Source: Yuukianura sp. NJ FZ-2021
Lineage: Eukaryota
Assembly (NCBI GenBank): GCA_046563655.1
Contig: CM102290.1
Span: 5,580,001 to 5,644,000 of the forward strand
Length of the DNA stretch: 64,000 nt
Direction of reading: 5' to 3'
Positions within the stretch are counted from its first letter, which is position 1; each line of letters opens with the position of its first letter. The notes under the pieces are model-generated. The model did not search any database. It was not told where the DNA came from and worked only from the letters and a program-made list of their open reading frames with translations. This document shows, in pieces, positions 30,753 through 43,654 of the stretch. The translations under genes and the position numbers were made by a program.

Positions 30753-31581
30753 TTAGGTTTCAGTCTTAGGACGACGCAAGGAGTATCGCGGAACCTTGGA
30801 TTTCGGCTGCGGAGCAGACTCAAATATAATCACCAGATCCGAATCGGAGTCGTCGGCGGGAGCGGACGGTAGAACAATCGTAGCTTCTTCTGTGCCGGTC
30901 GTGTCCAAGTCGGGTTGTTCCGGTTCTCGGTTGACGACGATTTCCGATTCACTGATGTAATCTTGATCTTTTTCAGGAAGGGTGCAGATAATCTCCCTAA
31001 CAAACACATTGTAGTCGCTACTGGTTGTTGATTTGGGGACATTCGTGTAGCTCAAAGCCGCGGAGACTTTTGTTTTCTTTACTGACCTTGGAGTTAAGCC
31101 CCGTTTCTTCCTTTGCTCCACTTTGCGACCGTCATTACGTCGCTGACGTTGCTTTGTCGTCGAGTCCTTGGTGTTATCGACATGGCCTGTAGTCGACGTA
31201 GCAATGGGCTGGTCATTTTCGTTTGTGGAATCTACTGTAGAGGATGCTGTTACTTCGTCATGGGTAGTACTCAGTACATGATTAGCCCTGTTGATTCCGC
31301 TCTTCCAAGCGCAACAGGGGCAGTTACTGCATAAACCTTCCCGAATTCTGATGTGGCCGATCTTGTAAATCGTCGTTCCGTCGGGCTGCAATTCTATAAA
31401 CAAAATGTACGTTAGAAAAACGTTAGAGAACGTTAGGTAAAGTGGTGGGATATGGTTACTTAAAACCAAAAGTGTTACCTTTCTCCGGAACTTGGTCCAA
31501 AGCTGCTGCTTCTTCAATCAAATTGATGAGAAGCGGCGGAATTGTGGGTGGGTAGTTGAAGGCAGGAGTCTTCTTGGGCAT
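30753..31581 (-). CDS. Orphan ~247-aa protein, low complexity, basic/acidic blocks; exons 31581-31479, 31393-30753
   Basis: ATG at 31581 (MPKKTPAFNYPP..) joins through a phase-1 GTAAC..TTTATAG intron to a 213-codon open exon. LCSNCPCC motif; NLS-like KQRQRR..RKKRG and RRPK. No family recognised. Confidence 0.65.
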
Positions 31582-33321
31582 GACCGCACGAAATTAGAGG
31601 TCAAGGTCACCTAAGAGCAATAGAATTTCAGTCAACTTCTGCCTAGGAACTGACCAACTAAATTCAGCGGAAACACGTTGTTTTGAAGGTGGAAAGTAAA
31701 TAATAAAAGGTCTGACTAGTCACCTGAATCGTCTGAATTTTCTGAATCTTGGAGCACTAGTCAAACCCGCCCTGTTTTTGTGTCAGGACGCAGATACCCC
31801 ACACTTACCTATAGTTTATCTAACGTGAAGATTGAAGAAGAACATTGAGATATAGGTAGCACTGCCATTACAATGCAGTGCTAATCTTCCATTTCGTTTT
31901 CAGCACAAGAGCACAACATTCCTGCACTTCTTTCACCCTATACAAAACACTCAATGCGCAGAGTCCTTCTTCCCACCCTGTCACCCTTACGTCGGACCCA
32001 CTTCACATATGCTGTCACCACGACGAAGGGGGATCACTGCATATGAAACGGAACGAAAACGGTTAGTTCATATTTACGTTATTCCTATCATCTTATCGTA
32101 CCAAGGCTTTTCAGTTATACGAGTGTTTCATTACCCCCCGTAAAAATTTTCTCTTGGGTGGGGAGTAAATTCCTTTAAAGCGTGGGTGGTCCAATGCTGT
32201 GAGATGGGGGAAAGGACTAAAAATTCGTAAAATTTAGAAAATTATCTAATTAAAATTACTAGGGGGCTTGAAACACTCGGTACTCATGAACAAAACAAGA
32301 TTTTAGATTGGTTGGTTCAGCAATTGAAAGGCAGTTGGTCAGCAGTTAATCGAAAATGACAACCTGCTGATGTTAAACTTTGCAACCTCTGTTCATCTTA
32401 TCTCAAACTTATCATAAAAATATTTCAGTTGAATTTTTATCAAATCAACCACTTCCAAAACTTAGATATTAGTTGAATTTTATCATTAATTAGATATTAG
32501 AATTAGCTAGTTGGTTAGTTAGAATTAGTTATTAGAATTAATTAGAATAATTAGAACTTAGTTTTTATCAAATCATTTGTTAAAATTATATGGACAATAA
32601 CTAATTAATATTATATTAATATTGATTATATTAATTAATGTTAGTAATAATTAATTAATTCTATGATAATATCGATTATATTAATTAATATTAATAATAT
32701 TATTAATAATAGTGGTGTGATATAAGCTGAGGGTGAAAAGGGTGGTGAGTGAGGGTTATGTGTGTGTGGGTAGTGTGGGGACAGAACGGTACGAGAGTGC
32801 CGAGTTGTGTTCGTGTTTTGGTATCTTTCTTGGAATTGTGTAGTGTCGGACGCCAGTGCTGCTGCTGCTTTACTACTCTTCTTCGCCACGTATGATCCCT
32901 CTGTTCACTCTTCTGTTAAGAGTGGTCCGTTAAGCAGGTTTAAGTTAGGAAGAGTTAATCAATTACCCAATTACTGCGGAATCCAGAACAAAGCCCTCTA
33001 AATTTACTATTTTCAATTAACACGAAACTAGGACTCGACACTGTAGTTGACAGTTCATTCAGGAGACTCAAATCATACGGACACCAGTGCACACATTCTT
33101 CCTTCAAGTCCCCTCCAAGTCAATTGGTAACTAACTAGAGCCGCTAATTAACCTAAAGGTAAACGTTTCTATTTAAGTACGTGAGGAATCAATCAACCAG
33201 TCAACCAAAACTCAACCAGTTCTCAAAGTTACAGCCAATCATACTGAATGCCAAGTGCCAACTGCTTAACGGAGTCTACAATCTGAACTACTTGACACAG
33301 GAACCGAAGGAGCATTGGAAC

Positions 33322-36300
33322 ATGGTCGACTCATCTAATGGTGCCCACGGATCTTTCTTTGACCCATTCTCCGTGTCGTCCTTTGGCTTTTTCAATGCCA
33401 AGGACCCTGGAACCAGCCTTCCGCCGATCCTGAGCAATGTTAGCAACTCGCCCACTTTCTGCAATGGACTTGGAAACATTGGTGGATCGGGATTGCTTTC
33501 CAACGGGCTCTGTGGATTGGTCAACCAACAACCATCACAGTCACACGGTCTTCAGAATGGAGCACTGGCCCAACTAGCAGGGTACGCCCAGGGAAACAAG
33601 TCACCAACATACAATTCACATCCGCAGTCACCATTATTCGGAGGAGCTCCCAGCTCACCTACATCTTTCTTCGCTAATGCTCCCAACTCTAACCAATTTT
33701 CATACAACTGCAACAAGCAATTTCCCATCACAACCTTCAGTATCGAAGACACAATCCAGGTAAGCCTTTTTCATATTCGTTTTTACTTACTTGAAACATT
33801 TCCAGATGGAAACTCATAAAATCGTACCGTCCGTAATATGTTAAGTTGACTCTTTTGTTTACTTTTTACAGGGAAGACCTTCAAATGATTCATCCATGTT
33901 CAATGGTCGTAACAACGACGCACCGATGTTCAACCGAAGCACAAGCTTCAACGAGTCTTCAGCCTCCATGTTTGGGCGCAGTAGTGACATTTCATCAATG
34001 TTCTCCAGAAGCTCCAGCATCAACGAGTCCAGTTCGTCGCTCTACAACAACCGAAACAGCATGAACAATGACTCGTCTTCAATCTTTTCCAATGGAAGGT
34101 CTGGCAACAACGAAACTTCATCCTTCAACAGCATGGATGATCTCATATCATCCTGGAACGGACCTTTTACTGGAAATGGAAACTCCAACAACTACTGCAA
34201 CAACACCCACAGCAACAGCAACAGAGAATCCAACAACTTCTCTTTCATAACACACAACAACTCGTCAACGACTACTAACAACAGTCGCGAAGGGGGCAAC
34301 AACAGCACAACAGTAGAAGGGGTCAACCAAGGCGTTCGTGAAACCGGCATCATTGAAAAACTACTGGTAATCACTTTTACTCTCCTCAACGACTCACAAA
34401 CGTTTTAAAACGTTTATTAAACGTTTTAAAAAAAATTGAATAATCTTGAGACTAATTTGGAATTTGTTGAATCTTTTAGCACTCGTACGGATTTATCCAG
34501 TGCTGCGAACGACAAGCAAGACTATTTTTTCATTTCAGCCAATTCGAAGGGACGATTGAGCACTTGAAACTGGGAGATCCGGTGGAATTTGAAATGACGT
34601 ATGATCGACGAACTGGGAAACCAATTGCAAGTTTTGTTACTAAAATTGGACCAGAAGTAGTAAGTCGTTCCTTACTTGTAGGCTCAATTACCTCTACTTG
34701 CATTTTAACTTGGGTCAAATCTGCCAAAAGACATAATAGGGAGACAATGTAAAGTTTCAGTTCCTTTGGTTTCTTTTTTTTTGTCCCTCAATTCCTCACC
34801 TATTCTCTGAGGGTCGCACGAGCAAGCAGTAACTTTTTTTGAACAATTTTTAGTGTCAATCTTTAGATTGTTGAACTTGTTTGCTCATTCGACATGTTTT
34901 GGAAGCGATATTTGTCCAAGCGAGTACAAGGGTTTGGAGGTGGTTGTGCCGATGTTACTGATTAGTTCCGAGGAGCTGTTGACTCTATTGAATTTTTTGG
35001 TCCACCAGTGAAGATGTGAGGTGGGTGGAAGCGGATCTACACATTTGTGTTTGTCATTTCCAGGTCCTGAGTGAGGAGCGGGTCAATGGAACGGTGACGA
35101 CGGAATTGCATCACGAAAGCAACGGAGAACTTCAAGGACGAATCAGTTACGAGAATCGGGGAGAGTGTTTCTTCCTGCCCTACTGTCTGGAGGACATTGA
35201 AGGGAACGTGTCCCTTGCCACGGGAGACTCTGTCAGCTTCCAGATCGCTACCAACCAGAGGTAATTAAGTGCTTTGTAATTTACTATTCAAAGCAACCTA
35301 ACCTAAAAAAAACTTTGGTGTTTTTCTACTGAGCGATCGAAAAACGGACGTTTCTGGCAAAAATCTCGAATGACCGGACCCCGACGTCATTGGAATAGTC
35401 TTTGCACTGAAAAATTTGGACTTTGTTAGTGATATTGTTCAAAGATTTATTTCTCGAAATGACGTTGGGGTACTTCGAGATTTCTGCAAAAATGTTCGTT
35501 TTGTAGCTAATCACTTAATGGTAAAACACCAAGGTTTATTTCATGTTAGGTTTTAATGAAGAATATTTTCATATGCGCTATTTGCTTGTCAGAGACTTAA
35601 TTTAGTCTTTTTTTTCTGAATTCCAGAAGTGGAAATTTGACCGCTCGTTATGTTCGGCTGGAGAATCCTGCTCAGCCAGTTCGTTACCGCGGAATCGTCA
35701 GTTCCATCAAGGACAACTTTGGATTTATCGAACGGGCGGATGTGGCCAAGGAAATCTTTTTCCATTTCTCGGAGACTCGTGTCCACGAAGGGATTGTGGT
35801 TGGTGACAACATTGAATTTAACATCCAAACGAGAAATGGGAAGGAAGTTGCTTCCAGCATTAGCAAACTACCGTTTGGAACAGTTGTTTTCGAGGATATT
35901 GGTGTTGACATTCTCAAAGGACAGGTAAATATTGTAAATCCTTCACTTATCACAAGTCATTTGTATAACTTTGTTTGTTTTGTAGGTTTTGAAACCAGTG
36001 GATAAGTCTCAGCCAGTAGCTCTGAGCGTTGTTCCGCTCCCAAGATCAGAGACAATGCAAGGACGCCTTCGCTATCGTGGTCCAGATCGTCAAGAGCTGG
36101 AAGTTGTTTATGGAGAAAAAGACCAGAAGGGATCCTTCAGCATGCGACATGGAGATTGGGTGGAGTTTCAGTTGGCCGTAGATCGTCGAGACAAGCAGCA
36201 GAGAGCTACGAACATTCGTCTTCTGGAAGAATCATTCGTTGTGTCGGGTGAAAGGCGAGAGGAAGGTGTAATTTCAGCCATCAGGGTAAATTGTCAATTG

Positions 36301-38717
36301 AATCCTAGCTTCCTGGCGAGTTTTGATGCTTAATTGTGAATTGCTAATTGACTTGTTCAATTTGATGTATAGGATGGGTCTGGTTTGATTACTTGTGCTG
36401 AGCGAGATCTGAAGGCAACATTCAACGTGAGTGAGATGCTGGACTTTGCTCGACTTCCGAAAGTGGCGGATGATGTGGAGTTTACGATCATCCCAGACGC
36501 ACAGAGTCAGTTTCGTCAGTCTGCTACTCGGATCAAGTACTTGGCTCCTGGAGCAGTCCAGTTTGAGATTCCACTGAGCAAGAATGTTCCTGGGGTTGTT
36601 GTGCGTGAGCCATCGACGACTTGGGTGAGTGAAGAGGCTTTGGCTGGAATCATCCCGTCTCTAACGACACTCGGACTCCCACCAAATGTCACTGAGAAAC
36701 TTATCCAGAAGTTGTCTTCGTCTAATGAGCTGGCTAGAAACGGAACGGCAAGGGAGGGCGGAGAACCTGGTGTCATTTCGTATCAACTGAATGGCATTTC
36801 GGGGTGGCAGGAGGAAACGATTGTTTTCCACTGGAAGGACTGCAAACAACTCCAGAACATCAGAATTGGCAGCCAGGTCAGTCTATTTTTTTCTAATCTT
36901 GCAACTAAACTAAAACTAACTGCATAATTGTTTAGATTCATTCCTGTCGGCTATGCTATTGTTAATTTTCAAAAAAAAATCAGTGAAAAATGTGAAATAT
37001 TTAAACTATTCGCGCTTTCGAGTGAAATGTTTCACAACTTTACTTCTTATTTCTTTTTAACGTTATGAGCATGTGCGAAAAAAGCACGGTAAACCCCACC
37101 CCACTGTGGGAGATGAAGTAAAGTCATTGACCTCTTCTTTGTTCACTCCTCTCCTGTACCTTTTTTTCCTCTCACTTGTGTTCCAGACTTTGTTGAGGAC
37201 AGAACTCTATTTTTTTGCTCATTTGTTCCTCAGGTCATCTTCGATATTCACCAAGTTCGCCGAAGACGTGAAATCATCGCAGCCAACATCAGAAGCAACG
37301 TTCAAGAGAAGGAAAACGACACTGTGAACGAAGGCATAGCGGACATCTCTCTCGTCAACCAACCAACGATTGTCGAAGGTGAGCAGATTCCTGTAACTCA
37401 GGAGAAAGACATCGAACGAGACACTTCGGAGTTTCAGTCTAACTTCCCTCCACTGACGGAAGTGACAACAGTAGGAACTGCTGCTGTACCTTTGGATCAA
37501 GACAGCTCGCCAGCTGAGAATCAAGTGACCAGCGGAGGGAGTAACTCTGTCATTGAAGACTTGGATCCTCCTTCATCTCGCTACTCTCCGGACTCTGACA
37601 AGTCAGCTGACATGTCGGGTTACAACTACCATCGGACAAACTCAGTTAGCGACATGAACGGACAGTCGCAGAAGCTCCCGCGGTTCGTAATGAGAGGATA
37701 CATTGCTGCTCTGAAAGACGGATTTGGATTCATCGAGACTATGGCACAAGATGGAGAGATCTTTTTCCATTCAAGGTACCACTTATTTCCTGTTTCATTT
37801 ATTTATTTATCTATTTACTTATTTATTTACTTGTTTCCTAACTGAATTGCGTTTTTAGTTCGCTGGTTGGTGACTTTGGAAGTCTGGATGTGGGTCAAGA
37901 GGTGGAATACGTTGTGAGCAACAAGGCTAGTATGAGTGGGAAGAATGCGGCTGACATGGTGAAGCCCCTTCCGCGCGGAACGATCAGTCGTCCCGACATC
38001 TTTCCGGAAGTATTGCAGGGAGTCGTGGTTCGGCCTGTGCGTGGAGCTAACCCAGACCAGTCAGAGTACATGGGTCTTATCGAAGATGGACAAGGGCGTG
38101 GCTACCCCTTCGGAATCACTTCAATGCTCAATAAGAAAGAAGTCGTCCAAACGAATGAAGTCGTCGAATTTCAAGTCGACGCCGAAAGTAACGCTGTGAA
38201 TATTAGAGCCTTACGTAAGAAACTCCGTGCAACGGTGGAGGCAGTCAAGGGTGAGTTTTAGAATAGGACAGGAATTGCACAAGTTCAAGTGATTCTAATG
38301 TGAGTTGATTGTTGACAGGGCTCTATGGCTTCCTGTCCTATGAGTTGGAAGATGGGAAGAAGCTGTTTTTCCACATGTCGGAGGTCAAGGACAACCTCCA
38401 TTTGAATCCTGGGGATGAAGTGGAATTTGTCATTCTTCAGAACCCCAGGAACGGAAAGTCTTCCGCTTGCTCTGTTGTCAAGCTCAGGTACGTTTATAAC
38501 AAAATACAAGTGAAAAGTACTAAATGTTTTAGGTTTGATTCTATTGATGTGAAATTGCAGTGAAACCCAGCGTCCGGAACGGCTGTTGAACCGTTTGTCC
38601 AAGTTGTCTGTTGACGAGTCTGCTCCGCGTCTCATCGCAATTCGTCAGCCGTATGGACCGGATGGAAGTGCTGGATTCAATCACATCAGAACACCCCGGG
38701 TTCCCGGTGTTCTCTAA
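33322..38717 (+). CDS. Unr: Cold shock domain-containing protein E1 / Upstream of N-ras; exons ~33322-33759, 33872-34366, 34480-34659, 35064-35260, 35627-35923, 35986-36285, 36373-36876, 37234-37774, 37859-38250, 38320-38487, 38561-38717
   Basis: CSD1 RETGIIEKLLHSYGFIQCCERQARLFFHFSQF; further CSDs KDNFGFIERADVAKEIFFHFSE, KDGFGFIET..EIFFH, YGFLSYELEDGKKLFFHMSEV; C-terminal SUZ-C motif IRQPYGPDGSAGF. Confidence 0.96.
35293..35553. mobile_element. AACCTAAC-TIR MITE in an Unr intron; better-preserved copy at 61108-61482
   Basis: AACCTAAC..TTTTTCTACTGAGCGATC..AAATCTC / GAGATTTCTG..GTTAGGTT long inverted repeats in both copies. Confidence 0.75.
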
Positions 38718-41700
38718 TTCCTCAAAAGTGGAAACGTCCGCAAGGAACCACCAAGCAAGTCCAAAACAACGAAGAGTCGAAGCGGAAATCACAAGTGAAT
38801 CTACCCCTTAAGTTCCCTGTTGTAAGTTTTACAGAGTTTAAAGTGTCGTTATTTTGGAAATGGATTGGGTGAGAGTACTCCTTAGCTACTCTCCCACCAC
38901 TGCGTTCCAAATGTCAATAATTGTTGAAAATTGAAACCTGTCTAGTTGTATACTCTAGGACCTCCGCATTCAATTGTCAAAAGTAAATTTAGCCCTTAGG
39001 ATAAAGTCGCAGCAAAAGTAACCATGTAACAGGAAACGCTTCTGGGGAAGGGGAATTGACTAAGTAACTAGTAACTGCTAAGGTGTAAGTGTCACTAGAC
39101 TAAGGAATTGGTTAACTGACCAATAGAATCTTTAACGATAAGACTTACTTCAATGGACCTAGGCATAATCACGGGCAGGGGTCAACGCTCCTCTTTCAAC
39201 TCTTTGTCTCCCTCAAACACAGTTGCTTTCTTCCGTTACTCTTCGTTTCAAACGTAGAACGCTCTCAGTGTCACTCCTTATGCCCCAACTCCTCAAGTCT
39301 TTCATTCGATATTCACAACATTTTCAATTCTGTTCAAACAGTCACAGGGGAACCCACAACTTTCCCAAAAGAAAAGCTTTCCTATTGTATCCCCGGAAGA
39401 TTACTAAAAAAATAGTTTAAGTTTTCAAAAAAAAAGTTAAAGTTTTGTTTCTAACTTTGAATTTTTTTCCAAGCGAAGTAACGGATCTGATGTTGCCAAA
39501 AAAAATATTGCGATAAAGTTTCAAAAAACATGAAAAAAAATTTTTAAAGATAAAATATTTAAAAGAAAATTAAAAATCGCAAAAATAATGTGTATAAAAA
39601 AGAAAGAAAAAAGTGCAAAAAGAAGAAAACCAAAGAAAAAGAGTTAAGTTAGGGATTTGTTTTCGTACGACCCAAAAAAGTGCAAACCTTGAAAAAAAAA
39701 TGTGTTCAGAAAAGAAAATGAAAAAAGAAGAGTGTTGTAGGCGTAATTTACTAAGGGAGGGTGTGGGTTGAGAGGAGGAGGGAGAAAGCAGAGTGAAAGT
39801 GTTAATTTCACTGGGTTAGGCTAGGTAACCTACGTAATTTGCTAAGTAATTACTAATTAGTAATTAGTTAAGTTGACTAATGTTGATTGACGATTCGTGG
39901 TCCAATGTTTGGAGCCACGATGACTAGAGTGACTGTTTGAAGTTTGAATGTGAGTGTTGATTAATGATTTAATTGATTCATTCCTTCTCTGTATCTCTTG
40001 TACTTGTATTTTCCTTGTCAATAGTCTGAAGAAACTAAGGAAATAATTGTACCATATCTCTGCGTAGGGATTTAAAAGCACAACTAAACAGTTTTAAACT
40101 AGACACCAATGGAATGGAAACCAAAGTATTGACAAGTCTCCGCTTTCCAACAATGAGGGAAGGCCGGCTGGAAGTTTTGTCCAACTTCTCCGCATTTGTT
40201 TTCCTATTAGACTGATCTTACTCACACTTAATCGTTACTACTGTTTACGTTTTAAGTTAATTGTTAAGTTGTAGTCTGTCGATTAATTGATTAATTGATT
40301 AATTAATAGTCCAACACCCCTACGCTTTGGAGCGTCCGCACTGTTGGGTGGGAGTCCTTTAAGTCCCTTCCTTTGTTAACTCCCAAAGTGCATTTAATGA
40401 CACCGCAACGTCCGGGCTTTCTCAACTTTCTTCTGGGGTGTAACTTTGCACAGTGTAACGTTTTCCAAAATTTTAACTGGAAATTCTTAAATTTTGGCAT
40501 GCGCAGAGAGCAACAGCTTCTAAATGCTCAAAATTTTAAAATCCAAAGTTTGAAATTGAGTTGAAGAGATAGCCCGGAGTTGTTTGCATGGGTATCAGCC
40601 CTTGTCTGTACCTTGTAGCCCAGGATCCTCCTTACCTCGACAACTTAAAGACTACTTTAATTTAGTTGGCATTTAACTACTGTAGTAATAGTGGAAGTTG
40701 AAGGCAGAGCTTGTGTGTCACTGAACCCAGTCTAAGTCTAATTAGCTCCAACGTTTAGTTAATGGAAACAAAAGACATGAGCATTTGTAATTGGAACTCC
40801 CCTAACTCACAATTCCCGCCCACCCAACCACCGCCACGAACTGCGTCTAGTGTCTGGACAAGTTGTGGAAATACGTTTAGTAAGTCTGGGCATATTAAAC
40901 GGCAAGAAATAAGGCAAACATGTAACAAGACTATAACTAGCCTAAGACCTAGTTAGAGTAACGATACTTAACTTTAATTGTAACTTAAGGAAGCTCAGCG
41001 AAAGAAAACGATTACATTTCCTTGCATTTGATTGTTAAGTGCACTCTACTCGTACGTAACTTTTACTCTTAAGTGGTTTTACAATATCTCGAATATCTCC
41101 AAGTGTCTTGACTAAACGTGACTACAATTGTTATGTAACGATAAGTCTAAAGTAACGAATAGTACTGGAGACAAGGACTCCACTTTATGCTATACTTAAT
41201 TAATTGATTAACTAATTAATGTATTTTAGTCCACTGGACTCACGTGACCCCAGTCCAAGGCAATAGACCCCCCTGCCCCCCACAAGCTAACGAAGAAAGT
41301 ATTTGGAACATTTCACAAATCTCGTTTTGTGAAGACGTGCGTAAATTTTGTTGAGATGAAACGAGAAAATACTACAAAAATGGAAACGTAATATGTGCTG
41401 TGGTATTCGTGATCTTTGTAACTGTAGGTAACTCTCCAGCTTAAGTAAAGCTATTAAATATTTTAGGAGATTGTTCCCCTCACTCCTCCCACTTCTAACT
41501 TACTTTCACCTTCACTCCTCCCCGAGCAGGTCGATTTCAACTTAAGTGGCTAGTTTCCCGCATGTTCTCCTCAAGTAAGCCAATTGTGGTGTTGAGTGAA
41601 CATTATCTAAAGCTAAAACGGTGAACGTAAAGATAGACTAAATCAACGGAATGTAAACCTTTGTAAAATTATAAGGTTAAAAATAAGAATTCAATAATAA

Positions 41701-42094
41701 TGTTTAATGAATTACACGAGTCTGTAACTATGCAACAAGAAATAAAATATTCAAGTAGTTTTTGTTCGCACACTTTTTGTTTCAGCCCAGATTCATTTCA
41801 TGCATCATTTCAGCATTTACAACAGCACACTTTTTCATGTGAAATCCAAAAGCCGAAGCATTTGAAGTTGAGAAACACGAATTTTTCACTTTTCCGACAT
41901 TTCAAATATAACTCTGGAAATTTTTTGCCCAAGAGCTTCTGCTGCCTCGGGCTTATACCAAAATGTTGCCACGAATGGTGGGATCACGTTTTGGTGGGTT
42001 TCATTGTGAAATTCAAAATTAGAAGCACTTGAAGTTGAAAAACACGATTTTTTCATTTTTTCAGACATTTCAAATCCAACTATCTAACAACTAG

Positions 42095-42600
42095 ATTTTT
42101 AAAAACACCATCACACCTTCTAACGTTCTGCAGAAGGACTTTTGGAAAAAGTCAGGATTAGGCTAACAAATTCACTAAAGTGCATTTTCCTTTTTTATGG
42201 AAATTTAAAAAATTCCAAAATATTGATTTTTAAAAACACCATCACACTTTCTAACGTTCTGCAGAAGTACGTTTGGAAAAAGTCAGGATTAGGCTAACAA
42301 ATTCACTAAAGTGCATTTTCCTTTTTTATGGAAATTTAAAAAATTCCAAAATATTGATTTTTAAAAACACCATCACACCTTCTAACTTTCTACAGAAGGA
42401 CTTTTGGAAAAAGTCAGGATTAGGCTAACAAATTCACTAAAGTGCATTTTCCTTTTTTATTTTAAAAAATTCAAGTCTATTTGCCTAGTTTAAGAGCAAC
42501 TTGAAAAATTCCAAAATGTTGTTTTTTCAAAGCACCATCACACATTCTAATTTTCTACAGTATTACTTTTGAAAAAAGTCGTGGTTAGACTAAAACTTGA
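42095..42600. repeat. 131-bp tandem repeat (~3 near-perfect units plus 1 degenerate) within a repeat-rich intergenic block (~41760-43440)
   Basis: Unit AAAAACACCATCACACCTTCTAACGTTCTGCAGAAGG..GGCTAACAAATTCACTAAAGTGC.. starts at 42101, 42232 and 42363. Confidence 0.9.
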
Positions 42601-43654
42601 AGGCAGTTTTTCAGATTTTTACCAAATTTTTAAGGTATGTTTTTTTTCGAAATGTTGAAATTTTTCGAAAGTTTGAAAAACGGAAATTAACTGTGCTTAT
42701 TATATGGGAGTGAAAAAGTTGAATAGAAAAGTGACCACTTTTGAATGAATTAGTCCCTCAACTTTTTCGTCCATTCAAACTAAATTTCAAAATTTAAAAA
42801 AACTTTAAAAATTCGTAGCTTTTTAACGGAAAGAGATAGAGAATTAAACTCTTCGGGTCTGAATTCAGAATAATGTGTAAAATTTTCAAAAAATTCGAAA
42901 AAGCACCCTAAAACTGTCAAAATTTTGATGGTGTGTTTTTTTCCTGTACTTCTTATATTTTGTTGTTTCAAATTTTTACATCAAATTGTGTAGGACGATG
43001 TCGTATGACTAGATCCGAGCGCTGGAGCCACAGAAATCGCTGCAAAGTTGAAAATTTTATAACGTAAAAACGACCAAAAAAATGAGTGTTTGTGTATGAG
43101 TGAAAAAGTTGAGTCGAAAAGTGGTGACTTTTGAATGAATTAATCCCTCAACTTTTTCTTCCTATTCATTTCAACATTCAAAAAATTGGAAATTCGAAAA
43201 GAGCCGATTGATTTCGCAAGTTAAGTGTCTTGACTTTCTTTTGGAATGAGTTTAATGTCTTTAAACAATTGGACTTAAAACTACGCTTAGGATATCACGA
43301 ACATTTTAAAATTGTAAATGGAAGGCTAGTAATTAGTTGTCTCAAGAGTTTGGAAGCTTCTAAAAAAATCAAAATGTTGAAAAATGTCTTAGGAAAACTA
43401 GAAAGGCTAACAAACTTATTAGTAGTAGTGCGTTTAGTGCTCTGAGATATGTGTAAGTTGCCATTCGTTTTCTCTACTTAGGAGGAAATTACACGGAATG
43501 AAGAAATAGCCAACGGAAGAATCTAACATCACTCTAGGAATGACGGCAGCATTCCGTCAATACTGTGCGTAAAAGTGCTTCATTACTACTTAATTTTGAG
43601 TTTTAATTAGCACGTAATTAGCCACCATGTTGAGTAACTTCGTAGACGGAAGTT

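Noticed and set aside
42095..42600. Regularly spaced repeats (also 9000-9130 and 29752-29885) as possible CRISPR arrays
   Set aside because: Head-to-tail units without unique spacers, no cas genes, eukaryotic context.
43006..43016. TGACTAGATCC resembling the 5' end of miR-279
   Set aside because: Only 11 nt match, no precursor hairpin seen, and it lies in a repeat-rich block.
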